This document shows positions 28,217 through 29,444 of a stretch of 29,444 bases of DNA, piece after piece. The DNA comes from Archangiaceae bacterium (GTDB taxonomy: Bacteria; Myxococcota; Myxococcia; Myxococcales; Myxococcaceae): NCBI GenBank assembly GCA_043750125.1, contig JAYVCD010000354.1:1-29444 (forward strand), read 5' to 3'. The stretch's first letter is position 1, and each line of letters opens with the position of its first letter. The position numbers and the translations under genes are program-made. Under the pieces are notes generated by a model, which saw nothing but the letters and a program-made list of their open reading frames with translations, was not told the origin of the DNA and ran no database searches.

Positions 28217-29444
28217 ATGACCGCATTCGTGCTGGGGCGCGCGCAGCACGACATTGAGGCGATGGTCGGTCGCGGCCGGTCAGCCGACTACAAAGGGGCG
28301 ATGCAGAACGCTCGCCTGGTGCTCGAGGCGCTGCTGCGGGCGATGGTCACCGATCAGCTCAAGCAGACTCCGGGCAAGGCGATGCTCGACGAGCTGATCA
28401 CCAAATTCCGCCAGCAGGCCAACCAGGGCCTCGTCCCCACCAACGTCCTGGCCCACATGGGCACCGTGCAGTCCTGGGGCAATCTGTCGTCGCACGATCA
28501 GGCCACCCGGCTGTCGGACGAGGCGGTGAAGGTCGGGAAGCTCGAAGTGGTCGCCTCGCTCAACTCGATGGTCGCGGTCCACGACTGGTATGCCGACGCG
28601 TTCGGCCAGACGTTGGTGAAGGCCCAGGCGTCGTCCACCACCGCGGCCCCCGCCTCAGGCCCGCGAAATCGGAAAGCGCCCCTGGTCTTCGGCGCGGTCC
28701 TGCTCGGATCTGCTGCGGTCGGCGCTTACTTCTTCACCCGGCCCCCTGCCGCGGCGGTCAGCCCCGCCTCGCCGTTCCTCGCGGTCGACGCGCACTACGC
28801 GAAATGGAACGAGCCGTTGCCACCGCACCGATGCCAAAGAGCGATGCGAGCGCTGAGCTTCCTCGTGCTGCTGGCCGCCGGACTGGCGAGCGCGGCGCCG
28901 CTGAAGCTCGCGGTGATCTACGGCCACAATGGGGGCACCCAGACCCGGGCCGCCTTGCGGTTTGCGGAAGCCGACGCGGCGCGGGTCGCAGCGACTTTGA
29001 CCGAAGGGGCGCAGGCCATTCTCTACGTCTACCTCTCGGCCCATGGCGATGACGCGCGCGGGCTCGAGCTGGGAGCGCAGACCCTGCCCTGGGCCGACCT
29101 GAAATCGAGACTCACCGCGACGCGGGCCGACGTTCGGGTGGCGTTCATCGATGCCTGCAACGCGTCAGGAATGTTGGACGTCGGCGGGCGCGCGACGCCG
29201 CAGTTCGATCTTCACGCCGACGATCGCCTCACCGTGGCGGGCGAAGCGGTGATTACGTCCAGCGCGGCGAATGAGCCGTCGCTCGAAGCGGGGGCCTACC
29301 GGGGCAGCGTCTTCACCCATCACTTGATCGCCGCCCTGCGCGGCGCGGGAGACCGATCGGGCGATCGGCGGGTGTCCCTCGAAGAGGCCTACGCGTACGC
29401 CTATGCCCGAACGGTGGAAGGTCAAAGCGGCCAGCACCCAGGCT
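28217..29444 (+). CDS. Partial ORF (runs off the window): HEPN/DUF4145-like domain - TM - internal signal peptide - caspase-like (C14) peptidase
   Basis: I translated 409 stop-free codons from ATG 28217 (GGAGAAGG RBS); the ORF track omits it because it has no stop. Motifs: NARLVLEALLR, WGNLSSHD, TM, second ATG 28844 (MRALSFLVLLAAGLASAAP), LRFAEADA, YLSAHG, FIDAC, FTHHLIAALRG. Confidence 0.8.
   Translation, partial: MTAFVLGRAQHDIEAMVGRGRSADYKGAMQNARLVLEALLRAMVTDQLKQTPGKAMLDELITKFRQQANQGLVPTNVLAHMGTVQSWGNLSSHDQATRLSDEAVKVGKLEVVASLNSMVAVHDWYADAFGQTLVKAQASSTTAAPASGPRNRKAPLVFGAVLLGSAAVGAYFFTRPPAAAVSPASPFLAVDAHYAKWNEPLPPHRCQRAMRALSFLVLLAAGLASAAPLKLAVIYGHNGGTQTRAALRFAEADAARVAATLTEGAQAILYVYLSAHGDDARGLELGAQTLPWADLKSRLTATRADVRVAFIDACNASGMLDVGGRATPQFDLHADDRLTVAGEAVITSSAANEPSLEAGAYRGSVFTHHLIAALRGAGDRSGDRRVSLEEAYAYAYARTVEGQSGQHPG

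Overview
GC-rich window from a myxobacterium (Myxococcota-like: MYXO-CTERM protein, TIGR02266-type PilZ, Ser/Thr kinase, caspase-like proteins). 1-12.5 kb is mostly housekeeping: acyltransferase/SDR pair, rpsA, thiolase-scoAB, PilZ, RlmD-like methyltransferase and a CoxE-like VWA protein. 12.5-19.5 kb holds a giant Cys-rich surface protein divergent from a cytochrome c lipoprotein, a CxxCH-bearing beta-barrel and a Ser/Thr kinase. miaB, a VanZ-family gene and an 11-aa repeat protein follow. 22-29.4 kb is an accessory, partly decayed region with two caspase-like genes flanking an intact four-gene module: GHKL anti-sigma/SiaB-like kinase, PhcB-like SAM methyltransferase, 6-TM PhcS-like sensor fused to a PP2C/SpoIIE phosphatase, and a STAS/SiaC-like protein. 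This module is the best candidate for an undescribed system (quorum-sensing-like signal synthase wired to a partner switch). All family assignments come from motif recognition; no searches were run.
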